Assembly (NCBI GenBank): GCA_044226015.1
Contig: JBGAHS010000003.1
Coordinates: forward strand, 480,001 to 544,000
Direction of reading: 5' to 3'
Length of the DNA stretch: 64,000 bases
Source of the DNA: Candidatus Obscuribacteraceae bacterium
GTDB taxonomy: Bacteria > Cyanobacteriota > Vampirovibrionia > Obscuribacterales > Obscuribacteraceae
The notes under the pieces are model-generated. The model searched no databases and was not told where the DNA came from. It saw nothing but the letters and a program-made list of their open reading frames with translations. Both the position numbers and the translations under genes were made by a program. Positions 1 through 9,725 of this stretch are shown piece by piece. How positions within the stretch are numbered: position 1 is the first letter of the stretch; each line of letters opens with the position of its first letter.

Positions 1-191
1 GTGTCACAGCAGGCTACGTGATCCGCGCACGCCGCTGGCACCATAACAGTTAGCTCAACTAGCACCGTCATAAATGATCTCCACTGTTGCCAAGGTTCGC
101 GCCGCTGTGTGACTCATGATCATGCTCTCGCCGCCGGACACTTGGCGGCACTTACGCGCGGTTACATAACGCTAAGGAAGCACATCACCTC

Positions 192-221
192 TTGAAATTC
201 CCGGCCCCAGAGCACTAGGGT
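192..221 (+). promoter_or_regulatory. Cassette-type promoter TTGAAA-N18-TAGGGT
   Basis: Same spacing and -10 hexamer recur upstream of several GC-rich genes; a C-rich leader follows. Confidence 0.65.
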
Positions 222-463
222 GAGTCGTAACCCATTAACCCCTAGCCCGCAAACAAGAAACCCAGCGCCCAATACACGCAAGACCATTTCAGCACCCGGA
301 ACAAGCTACCAAGCTTGTGGAGGAGAAGTGTTCTTGCCTTTGGACTGTCGAAGTTTTGAGTCGGCGGTTTCTTAACTACGCACTCATCTCCTTTGGTGAG
401 TGTGGACCCCGTTGCGCCAATTTCGGCGGAGCGGAACTTTTGATGTCTCGGAAGGAGACCCTT

Positions 464-1654
464 ATGACCACTTCGAAATTGAAAATTGTGCACGGTGAAG
501 ACCTCCACCCTGCGCACCTCCGCAGAATCATCAAAGCGAGCGAAGAGTACACCCGTCGCGTCAACGAGTCCCGCATCGAGTATCCGGACCCTGACACCAT
601 CGACTTCAGCTCCGACGATGCGAAGGCCATCTACACCGTTCACCCGAACGGTTTCCTCACCAACGTCCTCGGCGTCAGCAACCGCGCGAAGCGCCCCGGC
701 GCCAGCGACGGCGGCAAGCCCAAGCTGCCCAACCCGCAGGTCGTCCTCAAGGAAGTCCAGAAGTACTACCAGGGCGTCCCCCTGGCCGGCATGACTGGCA
801 ACCTTGTGCTCGGCGAACTGAACGTCGAATTCGGCGATGCCCCCAAGGCGAAGTACTTCCGCGAGGCTTACGTCGAGATTCTCTCGCACCTGCACATCCT
901 CGCCGTCGAAGAAGTCGACTCGTCCTGGGTCGATTCGATGGTGCAGTTCATGCAGCAGTCCACCGGCGTGACCTACAAGGGCTTCACTTCGGTCGCCAAC
1001 ACGCGCAACCAGGCCGTGGGCATCCTCATCCACCCGCGCCTCCAGGTCCTGAAGGGACCGATCGAGTACGCTGAAGTCGGCAATGTCCAGGGCGTTCCCG
1101 ACCTGCGACCGGCCTACCGCGTCGACCTGAAAGACACCACCACCGGTGTCGAATTCTCGGTCACGGTCGTGCACCTGAAGAGCATGCGTGGTGGTCCGGC
1201 TGCGACGAGCGCCATCCGCTACAAGCAGCTGGAAATCCTGGCGCGCTTGCTCGGTCCGAACTACTCGGGCTTCGTCGTCGGCGACCTGAACTACATCCTG
1301 ACGGACAAAACCCTGAAGGATGGCGAGCCGATGAAGAACGCTGGCTACGAGCTGTTCGTGCCCGACGACACCACCGGCACGCACGCCATGGGGTCGCGCA
1401 TCGACGGCTGGTTCTACAAGAACCTGTCCCGCAAGTTCACCTTCTACAAGGTGCGGCAGTTCTTCGCGAACCCGCAGATCACCCGTGCCTTCACTGACCA
1501 CGGTCAGACTGAAGGTCAGCTCGTGCTCTGCGAAAGCCAGCTCGAAGTCGGCAAGCCCAACGCCGGCTGTCCGGGCGCGAATGACCAGACCGGCTCTTCG
1601 CAGGTGGTGCCTGTCGACCGTGTCGGCTTCAAGAAGCTGAACGACGACAAGTAA
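464..1654 (+). CDS. Endonuclease/exonuclease/phosphatase (EEP) domain protein; GC-rich cassette gene
   Basis: EEP motifs VEEV, VHLKS, GDLN, SRIDGWF, TDH; AAGGAG RBS before ATG 464; strongly C/G-ending codons. Confidence 0.8.
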   Translation: MTTSKLKIVHGEDLHPAHLRRIIKASEEYTRRVNESRIEYPDPDTIDFSSDDAKAIYTVHPNGFLTNVLGVSNRAKRPGASDGGKPKLPNPQVVLKEVQKYYQGVPLAGMTGNLVLGELNVEFGDAPKAKYFREAYVEILSHLHILAVEEVDSSWVDSMVQFMQQSTGVTYKGFTSVANTRNQAVGILIHPRLQVLKGPIEYAEVGNVQGVPDLRPAYRVDLKDTTTGVEFSVTVVHLKSMRGGPAATSAIRYKQLEILARLLGPNYSGFVVGDLNYILTDKTLKDGEPMKNAGYELFVPDDTTGTHAMGSRIDGWFYKNLSRKFTFYKVRQFFANPQITRAFTDHGQTEGQLVLCESQLEVGKPNAGCPGANDQTGSSQVVPVDRVGFKKLNDDK

Positions 1655-1667
1655 ACCGTTCCCCTCG

Positions 1668-1716
1668 AACGCAGGATGTATGGCCCAAAAGGCTGTGCAT
1701 CCTGCGTTTCTTTTTT
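1668..1716 (+). terminator. Intrinsic terminator
   Basis: Stem AACGCAGGATGTATGGCC/GGCTGTGCATCCTGCGTT plus T tract. Confidence 0.8.
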
Positions 1717-1726
1717 CAACCCGATC

Positions 1727-1743
1727 TACTATAGCGATTCGTA
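1727..1743. repeat. TACTAY-N5-RTAGTA family palindrome (TACTAT AGCGA TTCGTA)
   Basis: About 10 bp after the EEP-gene terminator; recurrent motif. Confidence 0.7.
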
Positions 1744-1789
1744 CTTGTCGCAAAAGTATGCGACAATATAATTCAAGTAGTCTTTCAGG

Positions 1790-3250
1790 ATGACCATGCT
1801 AGAAACACTAGAGGCACTCGAAACACCAGTTCATTCACCAGAAAAAAAGCTGGTACTGAAAGCCATTTCTGAGTCGCCGCAAAAAATTACTGTTGCAGAC
1901 ATTGCCACCAAGACCAACCTGCCCGTCCTCCAAGCAAACGGGCTTCTAAACCAGATCGCCTATGAAACTGGAGGTCACCTCACGGTTGGCACCGCAGGTA
2001 GTGTCGTATACGAATTCGACCGTAATTTCCAAAACGAATACATTTCCCGGACTAGCAAAAATACCATGAAGCGGCTCGGACGAATCATTTACAACGCGGG
2101 CGCTTACATGGTGCGAATATTTTCTCTTCTCATGTTTTTCCTGATTCGCGTCAGTTTTGGCATAGCATTGATTGCTTCCGTGGTGCTCGTGGTAGCCCTT
2201 GTTGTTTTGGCAGCCATAGCTCTTTTAGCTAAACTCATGGGCAACGACAACGACTCTGGACCAGATATAGACTTATCGGGAATCTTTAGTGGTGTAGGCG
2301 GCATATTTCGATATTGGATTTGGGATTGGCTGTGGGACTGGTGGTATTGGGGCAGCTACATCCGTTGGGACCCAACACCGACACATTACGAACCAAGCAC
2401 CATAAACAGTTCCAAAAACCAAAAGGACAAGGAAAATTTCCTCGACAAGTGCTTTTCTTTTCTCTTCGGTGACGGAGATCCAAATCAACAACTAGAGCAA
2501 AAGTACTGGCAATCAATGGCGCTGGCTATACGCGCCAACAATGGCGTAGTGGTTGCAGAACAACTGGCACCTTACACACTTGTAGAAAGCAAGAATGAAG
2601 ACTGGATGCTTCCTGTGATGGTCAGATTCAACGGAAATTGCGACGTAAGCGAGAAGGGAAACATCATCTACAATTTCCCCAGCTTTCAACAGCAGTTCAA
2701 TGCAAGCACAGAGCCAAACAGTGCCACTGCTCACCCCGATGACCTTAGCGCCATGTTTCAGTCTTATGTCAAAACGAAAGCAGCATTTCAATCAAAGCAA
2801 GCCTATTCGAACCGCCTGGAGACCTATTTGAAAGAACACGAATGGCAACTCACTCACATCAGCGATGGCAGCAAAGCTACCATCATCTGCTTTGCACTAG
2901 TCATTTTGCTAGGCGGAATCTGGCTTTCCACCATGACTGGGCTTCTGCCATTTATTGCACTCATCAAACCATTGCTCTATGCCATGTCTGCCTATGGAGC
3001 GCTGTTCCTCGTTATCCCCGGCATACGCATTCTGATGAATTCCCAGAGAAATCAAAATATCGAAAAAAGAAACTTGATAAGAGCAGCAGCAGCAGCTAAA
3101 TTACAACAGCCCGATTCCAACCTGAAGCTCAAATTGAAGGAAGCCGAATCGAGCCGCCGCATTTCAATTCAGGAGTCTAATAGAGAAGGCATCGCATTCA
3201 CTACCGAAAAAGACTCCCTCGAACAAGAGTTCGAGCATCCCGACAAATAG
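1790..3250 (+). CDS. Conserved cyanobacterial/plastid membrane protein (At5g03900-like)
   Basis: Motifs GGHLTV..G..VY.F, FSFLFGDGDPN, GVVVAEQLAPY, MLPV..RFNG; two hydrophobic segments. Confidence 0.7.
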   Translation: MTMLETLEALETPVHSPEKKLVLKAISESPQKITVADIATKTNLPVLQANGLLNQIAYETGGHLTVGTAGSVVYEFDRNFQNEYISRTSKNTMKRLGRIIYNAGAYMVRIFSLLMFFLIRVSFGIALIASVVLVVALVVLAAIALLAKLMGNDNDSGPDIDLSGIFSGVGGIFRYWIWDWLWDWWYWGSYIRWDPTPTHYEPSTINSSKNQKDKENFLDKCFSFLFGDGDPNQQLEQKYWQSMALAIRANNGVVVAEQLAPYTLVESKNEDWMLPVMVRFNGNCDVSEKGNIIYNFPSFQQQFNASTEPNSATAHPDDLSAMFQSYVKTKAAFQSKQAYSNRLETYLKEHEWQLTHISDGSKATIICFALVILLGGIWLSTMTGLLPFIALIKPLLYAMSAYGALFLVIPGIRILMNSQRNQNIEKRNLIRAAAAAKLQQPDSNLKLKLKEAESSRRISIQESNREGIAFTTEKDSLEQEFEHPDK

Positions 3251-3379
3251 AATCTAAAATGCTGACCAATATCAGCAGCTGAACCAGCCTTAGTAACCCA
3301 TACAGCGCAAAGTCAGGCAAAAGAGCAGTTTTTTTCCTATATCGGAGACTGAATTCACAAAATCCAGGGAAAATCTGAA

Positions 3380-3408
3380 TTGACAGCCTAATTTTGTAGG
3401 GCTACGAT
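3380..3408 (+). promoter_or_regulatory. Housekeeping sigma70-type promoter TTGACA-N17-TACGAT
   Basis: Consensus -35 and spacing. Confidence 0.6.
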
Positions 3409-3439
3409 CTTGTCAAGAACCCAAATTATGCGGTGCACT

Positions 3440-4540
3440 ATGCCTCACTACTCAAAACGAATCGCAGTTATTGCCTTAGCGGCAAGTTTGAACCTTTTTG
3501 CCCCAGCGTTCTCACAGGGACAATCAGATTGGGTTCGACCAAACGCCTCCGAAACTCCCCAACAAGGATGGACACCGCAAGGACAGAACGGTGGACAGAG
3601 TCAGGGAAATATGGGACAGAGCGATTGGGTGCGACCAGATGGCTCCAATGGCGGCGGCGGTCAGCAGTCAAACTGGACGCAACCTGCTTCAAACAATAAC
3701 GGCAATTTAGGACAATCCGGCTGGGTCCGCCAGGGTAATTCCAATGGAGCTGGCATGAATCAATCTGGTTGGAACCAGGGACAGAACATGCAAATGCCGA
3801 TGGATCAAGGCATGCAAATGCAGCAGGGTATGCAGCAACAAGGCATGCAACAGCAAATGATCCCACAAAATCAAGTTGGACAATCCGACTGGGTTCGCCC
3901 AGGTCAGACAGTTGAAGGCAATGTGAGCCAGAGCAACTACGTGCCACAAAATAACATGGGCGGCGGCATGGGAAACATGAACGGCGGCAATATGGGCAAC
4001 AGCGGCAACATGGGTAACATGGGCGGCGGCGGCATGAGCAACATGGGCGGCGGCGGCATGGGTAACATGGGCGGCGGTGGAGCCGACATGAGTGGCATGG
4101 GAGGACTCGGAGGTCTAGGTGCCCTCATGGGAGGCGGTAGTGGTACTCTGGGTGGCTTGGTAAACGGCAATGCAGACCCTAACTCCTACGACAACATAGG
4201 AAAGGCAATCAATGCTGCCGCGCAAATGGGCTTGATTCCGAGTGGACAGAACAACCCCAACAACGGCGGCGCCGGTGGCATGGGTGGCGGCGGTCATGGT
4301 CTATTTAGCTTTCCAAAATTCGGTACACAGATGCCAAAACGCGGCGTAATGAATCAACAGCAAATGCCAATGCAAATGATGGGACAACAACAGATGATGG
4401 GTCAGCAACCGATGATGACTCAGCAACAAGTTTCACAGCCTCACAATTCAGGACCAGGCATAGGCAAATCTATGACGAAAAGCACTGGCAAGATAATGAA
4501 TCAGACAATGAACAGGGCACTAGGCAAAATTCATTTCTAG
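3440..4540 (+). CDS. Secreted Gly/Gln/Met/Asn-rich low-complexity protein with QSDWVRP repeats
   Basis: Signal peptide (AVIALAASLNLFAPAFS); GQS(D/G/N)W repeats; MG/N repeats; start may be 3428. Confidence 0.75.
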   Translation: MPHYSKRIAVIALAASLNLFAPAFSQGQSDWVRPNASETPQQGWTPQGQNGGQSQGNMGQSDWVRPDGSNGGGGQQSNWTQPASNNNGNLGQSGWVRQGNSNGAGMNQSGWNQGQNMQMPMDQGMQMQQGMQQQGMQQQMIPQNQVGQSDWVRPGQTVEGNVSQSNYVPQNNMGGGMGNMNGGNMGNSGNMGNMGGGGMSNMGGGGMGNMGGGGADMSGMGGLGGLGALMGGGSGTLGGLVNGNADPNSYDNIGKAINAAAQMGLIPSGQNNPNNGGAGGMGGGGHGLFSFPKFGTQMPKRGVMNQQQMPMQMMGQQQMMGQQPMMTQQQVSQPHNSGPGIGKSMTKSTGKIMNQTMNRALGKIHF

Positions 4541-4859
4541 AATCTGCCTCTTACTTCTTAAGCTTACTTCGAACACTTACTGCATCACATGTCGACTGCA
4601 TGCCAGCGTACCGCTTGTTATTTCCAAACACTCGACGACTATAGTCAATGCAAATCTGCCCAGAACCCTCAGCCCAGAGCGAAATTTTGATGCAGACATA
4701 AAATTTGAGCGTTTTTTTTCGTTCAACACACTCTTCTGGCGCGAAAAAAAAATTGCCAAAACCAGCTCCTCATCAACTTCTTCTTCAAAAACAAGCCATG
4801 AAAAATTCGATTCAGAAGGCCCTTGTCAGAAACCAAGAGATGTTGTATCTCTAGTATTA

Positions 4860-4920
4860 CCTGGTCGGGCGCTAAACTAAATTAACTTATTATGCCTGCT
4901 CGACCAGGCTTTTTCTTTTT
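4860..4920 (+). terminator. Hairpin plus T tract (terminator or short sRNA)
   Basis: CCTGGTCGGGC/GCTCGACCAGG stem, AT-rich loop, then T tract; no CDS directly upstream. Confidence 0.45.
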
Positions 4921-5461
4921 AAAGGGCTTCAGAGATGAGCTTTGCAAGCGCATCCTAGACCTTCAACACAATCTTTGGAATAGAGCCAGAGTCACCAAAT
5001 ACGATACCAGCAGATGTATGAAATCTGCCCTGGTTCGGTACAAGTTCCAGCAAGCGCCTGTCAAGAAGCGCTTTCCAATGATTTTATCAGGCTTGGAACT
5101 TTGTACTTGCGCTAACCTCGCAAAGAAGCAATCCTTGCGTTGCAATGCTTTCCGGGATTTGGACCGAATTGCCAAGCACCAGAATCTATGAAAACCCTGG
5201 GCTGAACAGCTAGTTCCATCGAAATTGCTCAAAATTCGTACTAGTCAACAGTTGATTTTGCCCAATATCCCGATGCAATCTGTATGAGTATTCTGATGCC
5301 CCGCCCAAACGTATGATCCCCGCAAGCATATTTTTCTGAGAGATTCCCGTAAAACCTGCCACATGGCGGTGTTGGGGTAGCAGGATACAAAAGAAAAACT
5401 GAATAAGTTAGAGTTCGAGCCTTTCATCCACACTGAAAAGCTCGTTGCAAAACGGTGTATC

Positions 5462-6433
5462 GTGTCCAAGATCAAAGAGCGGCTGCTCAAGTGGCTTTTA
5501 AGCCCATTTTTTCATCCGATTGTGTCAATGCCAGGAAAATCTTTTTCTGGAAATTTTGAGCCACTCAATACGGAAGAAGAAATCAGCAAACAAGAGCTAA
5601 AGGCGCATATCACCGAGCTTTCAGTCAATATTCAAAGTAGATTTATTGGAACGATCGGACAAGAACAGTCCGCACGTTACATTGAGTCTAGCTTGCGCAA
5701 GAGCGGTTACGAACCGGTTTCCCAGAGCTTTAGTGTCGGAGACATATCCCTCAGAAATATAGAAGCAACATTGCCCGGAACTAAAAATCCCGAAAAAACA
5801 ATTATCGTAGGTGCGCATTACGACACAGTTGCCGGAACTCCGGGAGCAGATGACAACGCAAGCGGAGTGGCAGCACTTTTACATCTGGCAAGATTGTTCA
5901 AACAGACACCGACAGGTCTAAGTCTAAAGTTCGTTGCCTTTTCAAATGAAGAGACGGCACTCTACTCCAGCATGGGAAGCTACTTTTATGCGCAACGCTG
6001 TCACGAACAGCAAGAGCATATAGCTGGAATGTATTCATTAGAAATGCTCGGTTATTATTCAACAAGAGAAAAATCACAGGCTTATCCCGAGCCTTTCAAT
6101 CTCTTTTATCCGACCGTTGGGAATTTCATAGCATTTGTTGGCAACAGCAAAGCACGCCCCTTCCTAAAAGACAGCATTAGCTTATTCAGACAAAACTGCA
6201 ATTTTCCGTCAGAAGGATGCGCTGCACCCGACTGGATGAGCGATGCCAACCGCTCAGACCACTGCAGCTTTTGGCGATTTGGATACCCTGCGCTTATGGT
6301 TACTGACACTTCGAATTTCCGAAATAAGCACTATCACGGACCCCAGGACTCTATTCTCACTCTCGACTTAAACAGCATGTCACGAGTGGTTCGAGGTCTG
6401 GAAAAGATGATTCGGGAAATAGCCAAATCGTGA
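5462..6433 (+). CDS. M28 family metallopeptidase
   Basis: VGAHYDT, PGADDNASG, NEE, SLEMLGY, RSDH, YH motifs. Confidence 0.9.
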   Translation: MSKIKERLLKWLLSPFFHPIVSMPGKSFSGNFEPLNTEEEISKQELKAHITELSVNIQSRFIGTIGQEQSARYIESSLRKSGYEPVSQSFSVGDISLRNIEATLPGTKNPEKTIIVGAHYDTVAGTPGADDNASGVAALLHLARLFKQTPTGLSLKFVAFSNEETALYSSMGSYFYAQRCHEQQEHIAGMYSLEMLGYYSTREKSQAYPEPFNLFYPTVGNFIAFVGNSKARPFLKDSISLFRQNCNFPSEGCAAPDWMSDANRSDHCSFWRFGYPALMVTDTSNFRNKHYHGPQDSILTLDLNSMSRVVRGLEKMIREIAKS

Positions 6434-6454
6434 CCTTTTTACCTGCTCAAGCTC

Positions 6455-6471
6455 TACTATGGCTCATAGTC
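6455..6471. repeat. TACTAY-N5-RTAGTA family palindrome (TACTAT GGCTC ATAGTC), orphan copy
   Basis: 11/12 match to consensus arms; no adjacent GC-rich gene. Confidence 0.5.
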
Positions 6472-6649
6472 TCAAACCACTTGAGTAGTACAGTGTGCAG
6501 AAATAAGCGAGCGTTGACTGTTCAAACAATTGGCAGCACTGCTCTTCGGGAATGTTACAGGCGCCACTAGAAAAGAATGATCGCCATCTTTATGTTCTAC
6601 AATAGCCTAAGCAGGGAACAGAGCAAATAAATCTCCTGGGCAGTATTTT

Positions 6650-7678
6650 ATGAATCACGACAAACAACTTATTCTGAGTACTCAATCGTACACAGCATGG
6701 GCTGCACGATTTCATACATTGACTGAAATGGAGCTTGGAGAAATCCAACGCAAAGACTTTCCCGATGGTGAACACTACCAGCGCATCGTGACCCCCGTAG
6801 ACGGCAGAAAAGTGCTACTAATCTCTGGCACAATAAATGATCGCGAAACACTCGAACTTTTCGATCTTGCCAATGCCATTGTAGACGGTGGCGCATCACG
6901 TTTGCGTGTGATTCTTCCATATTTTGGCTACTCCACCATGGAAAGGGCTGTGCGAGCCGGAGAAGCAGTCAAAGCGAAGTATCGCGCCCGCTTACTTTCA
7001 AATGGACTTCCACGTGCACCTTTAGGCAATCGGTTTTACATGCTCGACCTTCACTCTGAGGGAATTCCTCAGTATTTTGAAAACGGCATACAAGCAACGC
7101 ACATTTATGCCAAATCAATCGTGATGAAAGTGGCAAAACGACTCTCTACCGAGTTTGGTCCGCTGGTTTTAGGCACTCGGCAGATGGAACTGTCACAAGA
7201 CCGACCTGTTCCATTTGTGCTTGCCTCGACGGATGCCGGGAGAATGAAATGGGTGGAATCACTCGCCAGAGATATGGGTGTCAGCCCCGCTTTCGCTTAT
7301 AAGGAGCGTATTGACGGAGCCACAACTGTTTCCCTGGGAATTTCTGGACCGGTGAAAGACAAATTCGTAGTCATATATGATGACATGATTCGCACGGGAA
7401 GCTCCTTAATGAACGCAGCAAGAGCCTACCTTGAAGCCGGTGCCACTGGGGTGGCAGCCATGGCAACTCATGCACTTTTCCCAGGTGAAGCTCTCGAAAA
7501 AATACGAGGCTCGGGTTTGTTCAAGCAACTCGTCGTAACAGACAGCCATCCACGTTCAAGAGAGCTAGAATCCGACTTTTTGCGAGTGGAATCTTGCGCC
7601 GAGCTATTCGTTCCGCATTTGACTGCTGACACCACCGAAGGTATCATCTTGAAGGAACTTAAACATGCCGTCCAATAA
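6650..7678 (+). CDS. prs: Ribose-phosphate pyrophosphokinase
   Basis: FPDGE, PYFGYS, LDLHS, DAGR, YDDMIRTGSS, ATHALF, VTDS motifs. Confidence 0.88.
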   Translation: MNHDKQLILSTQSYTAWAARFHTLTEMELGEIQRKDFPDGEHYQRIVTPVDGRKVLLISGTINDRETLELFDLANAIVDGGASRLRVILPYFGYSTMERAVRAGEAVKAKYRARLLSNGLPRAPLGNRFYMLDLHSEGIPQYFENGIQATHIYAKSIVMKVAKRLSTEFGPLVLGTRQMELSQDRPVPFVLASTDAGRMKWVESLARDMGVSPAFAYKERIDGATTVSLGISGPVKDKFVVIYDDMIRTGSSLMNAARAYLEAGATGVAAMATHALFPGEALEKIRGSGLFKQLVVTDSHPRSRELESDFLRVESCAELFVPHLTADTTEGIILKELKHAVQ

Positions 7679-9725
7679 AACACATTCTTTCGTGAAGGTG
7701 GGCACAGCTTCTCCACGAGTCAAAGTAGCCGATTGTTCCTACAATTCCAGTCAAATAATTGAATTACTGAAGCAAGCAGAGTCAGAAAAGATTTCGGTGC
7801 TCGTCTTTCCTGAGCTTTCAATCAGTTCATACACGTGTGCAGATTTATTTCAGCACGAAGTACTTTTGAATTCCAGCCTGGAGTCGCTGGCTCAGTTAGT
7901 TGAAGCAAGCAACAAGTTCTCTGGACTATTCTTTGTTGGCTTACCGCTCGTGGCGGACGACCAGTTATTCAATTGCGCTGTAGCCATCAATCAGGGCAGA
8001 ATTCTCGGAGTTGTGCCAAAATTATTCATTCCAAATTACAAAGAATTCTACGAGCGCCGCTGGTTTTCCTCAGGAAATAACACCTGCGTAGAAACTATAA
8101 ATCTCTTCGGAGAAGAAGTGCCCTTTGGCAAAAATTTGCTTTTTCAATCAAACCTCAATTCGAAACTTATAGTCGGGGTGGAAATTTGTGAAGACCTCTG
8201 GGTGCCCATTCCGCCAAGCTCTTACCAGGCACTAGCAGGCGCAACGATTTTGGTGAATCTTTCCGCCAGCAACGAACTCATCGGTAAATCTGGATATCGA
8301 AGGCAGCTGGTGTCGAATCAGTCGGCAAGATGCGTGGCAGCTTATGCGTATGCATCCTGCGGCACAGGTGAATCAAGCACCGATATTCTATTTAGTGGAC
8401 ATTGCCTGATCAGCGAAAACGGCACAACTCTTGCGGAAAACAAAAGGTTCGAAAGAGAAAACGTTCTTATTAGTACAGAGATTGACCTTGAGAGAATCAT
8501 GGTCGATCGAATTCGCCTCAATAGTTTCGCTGATAACAAAAGAGAATCCGCAACAGAGGCTCGATTTCGCAAGATTCCATTTAGGGACCCCAACCATTCT
8601 ATCAATCACTTAACTCGTTTCATCGATGCACACCCCTTCGTGCCACAGGGGCGAGAAACCCTTGCAGAGCGCTGCAACGAGATTTTCCACATTCAAGTTT
8701 CAGCTTTATGCAAGCGCATTGAACGTATTGGCGGTTCATCACTTGCGATAGGCGTATCTGGCGGATTGGATTCGACTCTATCCTTGCTTGTTTTATGCAA
8801 AGCCCTGGACCAACTAAAGATTCCGCGAACCCGCATCGAAGCCTTTACCCTACCAGGCTTCGGCACCACTGGAAGAACAAAAAACAATGCGCTTGCGTTG
8901 ATGGACCAACTTGGTATTAGAAGCAGAGAAGTTGATATCAGGCAATTATGCCTCGATGAATTTAAGGCACTGAAGCACAATCCTTTTGGCATTGCCATTG
9001 ACACAATCAGCAGCCTTGATGACTTGTCCAGTAAGCTTTCTCAGCTTCCAGAGAATAGTCAGGATTTAGTATTCGAAAATGTTCAAGCAAGAATGAGAAC
9101 TTCAATTCTTATGAATGCAGGCTTTGTTGTAGGAACAGGAGACCTCTCAGAACTGGCTCTGGGATGGTGCACTTATAACGCTGACCATATGAGCATGTAC
9201 AATCCCAACGCCAGTATTCCGAAGACTCTGGTCAAATTCCTTGTGGATTGGGCAGCCGATTTTGAATTCGACGACCAAGCCAGGAAAACCCTGAAAGACA
9301 TTGTAGCGACAGAGATATCACCTGAGCTGTTGCCGCCAGGAAAAGATGGGCAAATATCACAAAAGACCGAATCGAACGTAGGTCCTTATGAACTGAATGA
9401 CTTTATTCTGTTTCATGTTTTGCGATTTGGCATGTCACCGGAAAAGATATTCTTTCTGGCACAACAAGCCAGCTTCCATGAACCTTACAGCCGCGATGAT
9501 ATTGCAAAATGGTTGAAGTTATTTTTCAAGAGATTTTTTGCCAATCAATTTAAGCGCTCATGCCTTCCTGACGGACCCAAAGTGGGCTCTGTTAGCCTGT
9601 CTCCCAGAGGTGATTGGCGTATGCCGAGTGACGCCCAGGCAGAAGCATGGCTTGCATGGAACCCAGAAGATACGTTGGATTCCGTACAGCCAAAGGAATC
9701 AGTGAGCACAAGGAGACTGACATGA
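7665..9725 (+). CDS. nadE: Glutamine-dependent NAD+ synthetase
   Basis: Nitrilase-like domain (FPEL, K..PNY.EFYE.RWF, EICEDLW) plus SGGLDS, ENVQAR, GTGDLSE, QFKRS. Confidence 0.95.
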   Translation: MPSNKTHSFVKVGTASPRVKVADCSYNSSQIIELLKQAESEKISVLVFPELSISSYTCADLFQHEVLLNSSLESLAQLVEASNKFSGLFFVGLPLVADDQLFNCAVAINQGRILGVVPKLFIPNYKEFYERRWFSSGNNTCVETINLFGEEVPFGKNLLFQSNLNSKLIVGVEICEDLWVPIPPSSYQALAGATILVNLSASNELIGKSGYRRQLVSNQSARCVAAYAYASCGTGESSTDILFSGHCLISENGTTLAENKRFERENVLISTEIDLERIMVDRIRLNSFADNKRESATEARFRKIPFRDPNHSINHLTRFIDAHPFVPQGRETLAERCNEIFHIQVSALCKRIERIGGSSLAIGVSGGLDSTLSLLVLCKALDQLKIPRTRIEAFTLPGFGTTGRTKNNALALMDQLGIRSREVDIRQLCLDEFKALKHNPFGIAIDTISSLDDLSSKLSQLPENSQDLVFENVQARMRTSILMNAGFVVGTGDLSELALGWCTYNADHMSMYNPNASIPKTLVKFLVDWAADFEFDDQARKTLKDIVATEISPELLPPGKDGQISQKTESNVGPYELNDFILFHVLRFGMSPEKIFFLAQQASFHEPYSRDDIAKWLKLFFKRFFANQFKRSCLPDGPKVGSVSLSPRGDWRMPSDAQAEAWLAWNPEDTLDSVQPKESVSTRRLT

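Noticed and set aside
242..1753. 503-aa minus-strand ORF
   Set aside because: Antisense shadow of the codon-biased EEP gene; no motifs. The same applies to 11145-11741, 20618-21442, 21612-22385, 23358-23954, 24073-24600, 30039-30842 and 42224-43213.
3950..4140. Short direct repeats as a CRISPR array
   Set aside because: In-frame coding repeats (GGGMGNM); no unique spacers and no cas genes.
4892..5490. Short ORFs 4892-5191, 4963-5232 and 5245-5490
   Set aside because: No RBS or motifs; one overlaps a terminator hairpin.
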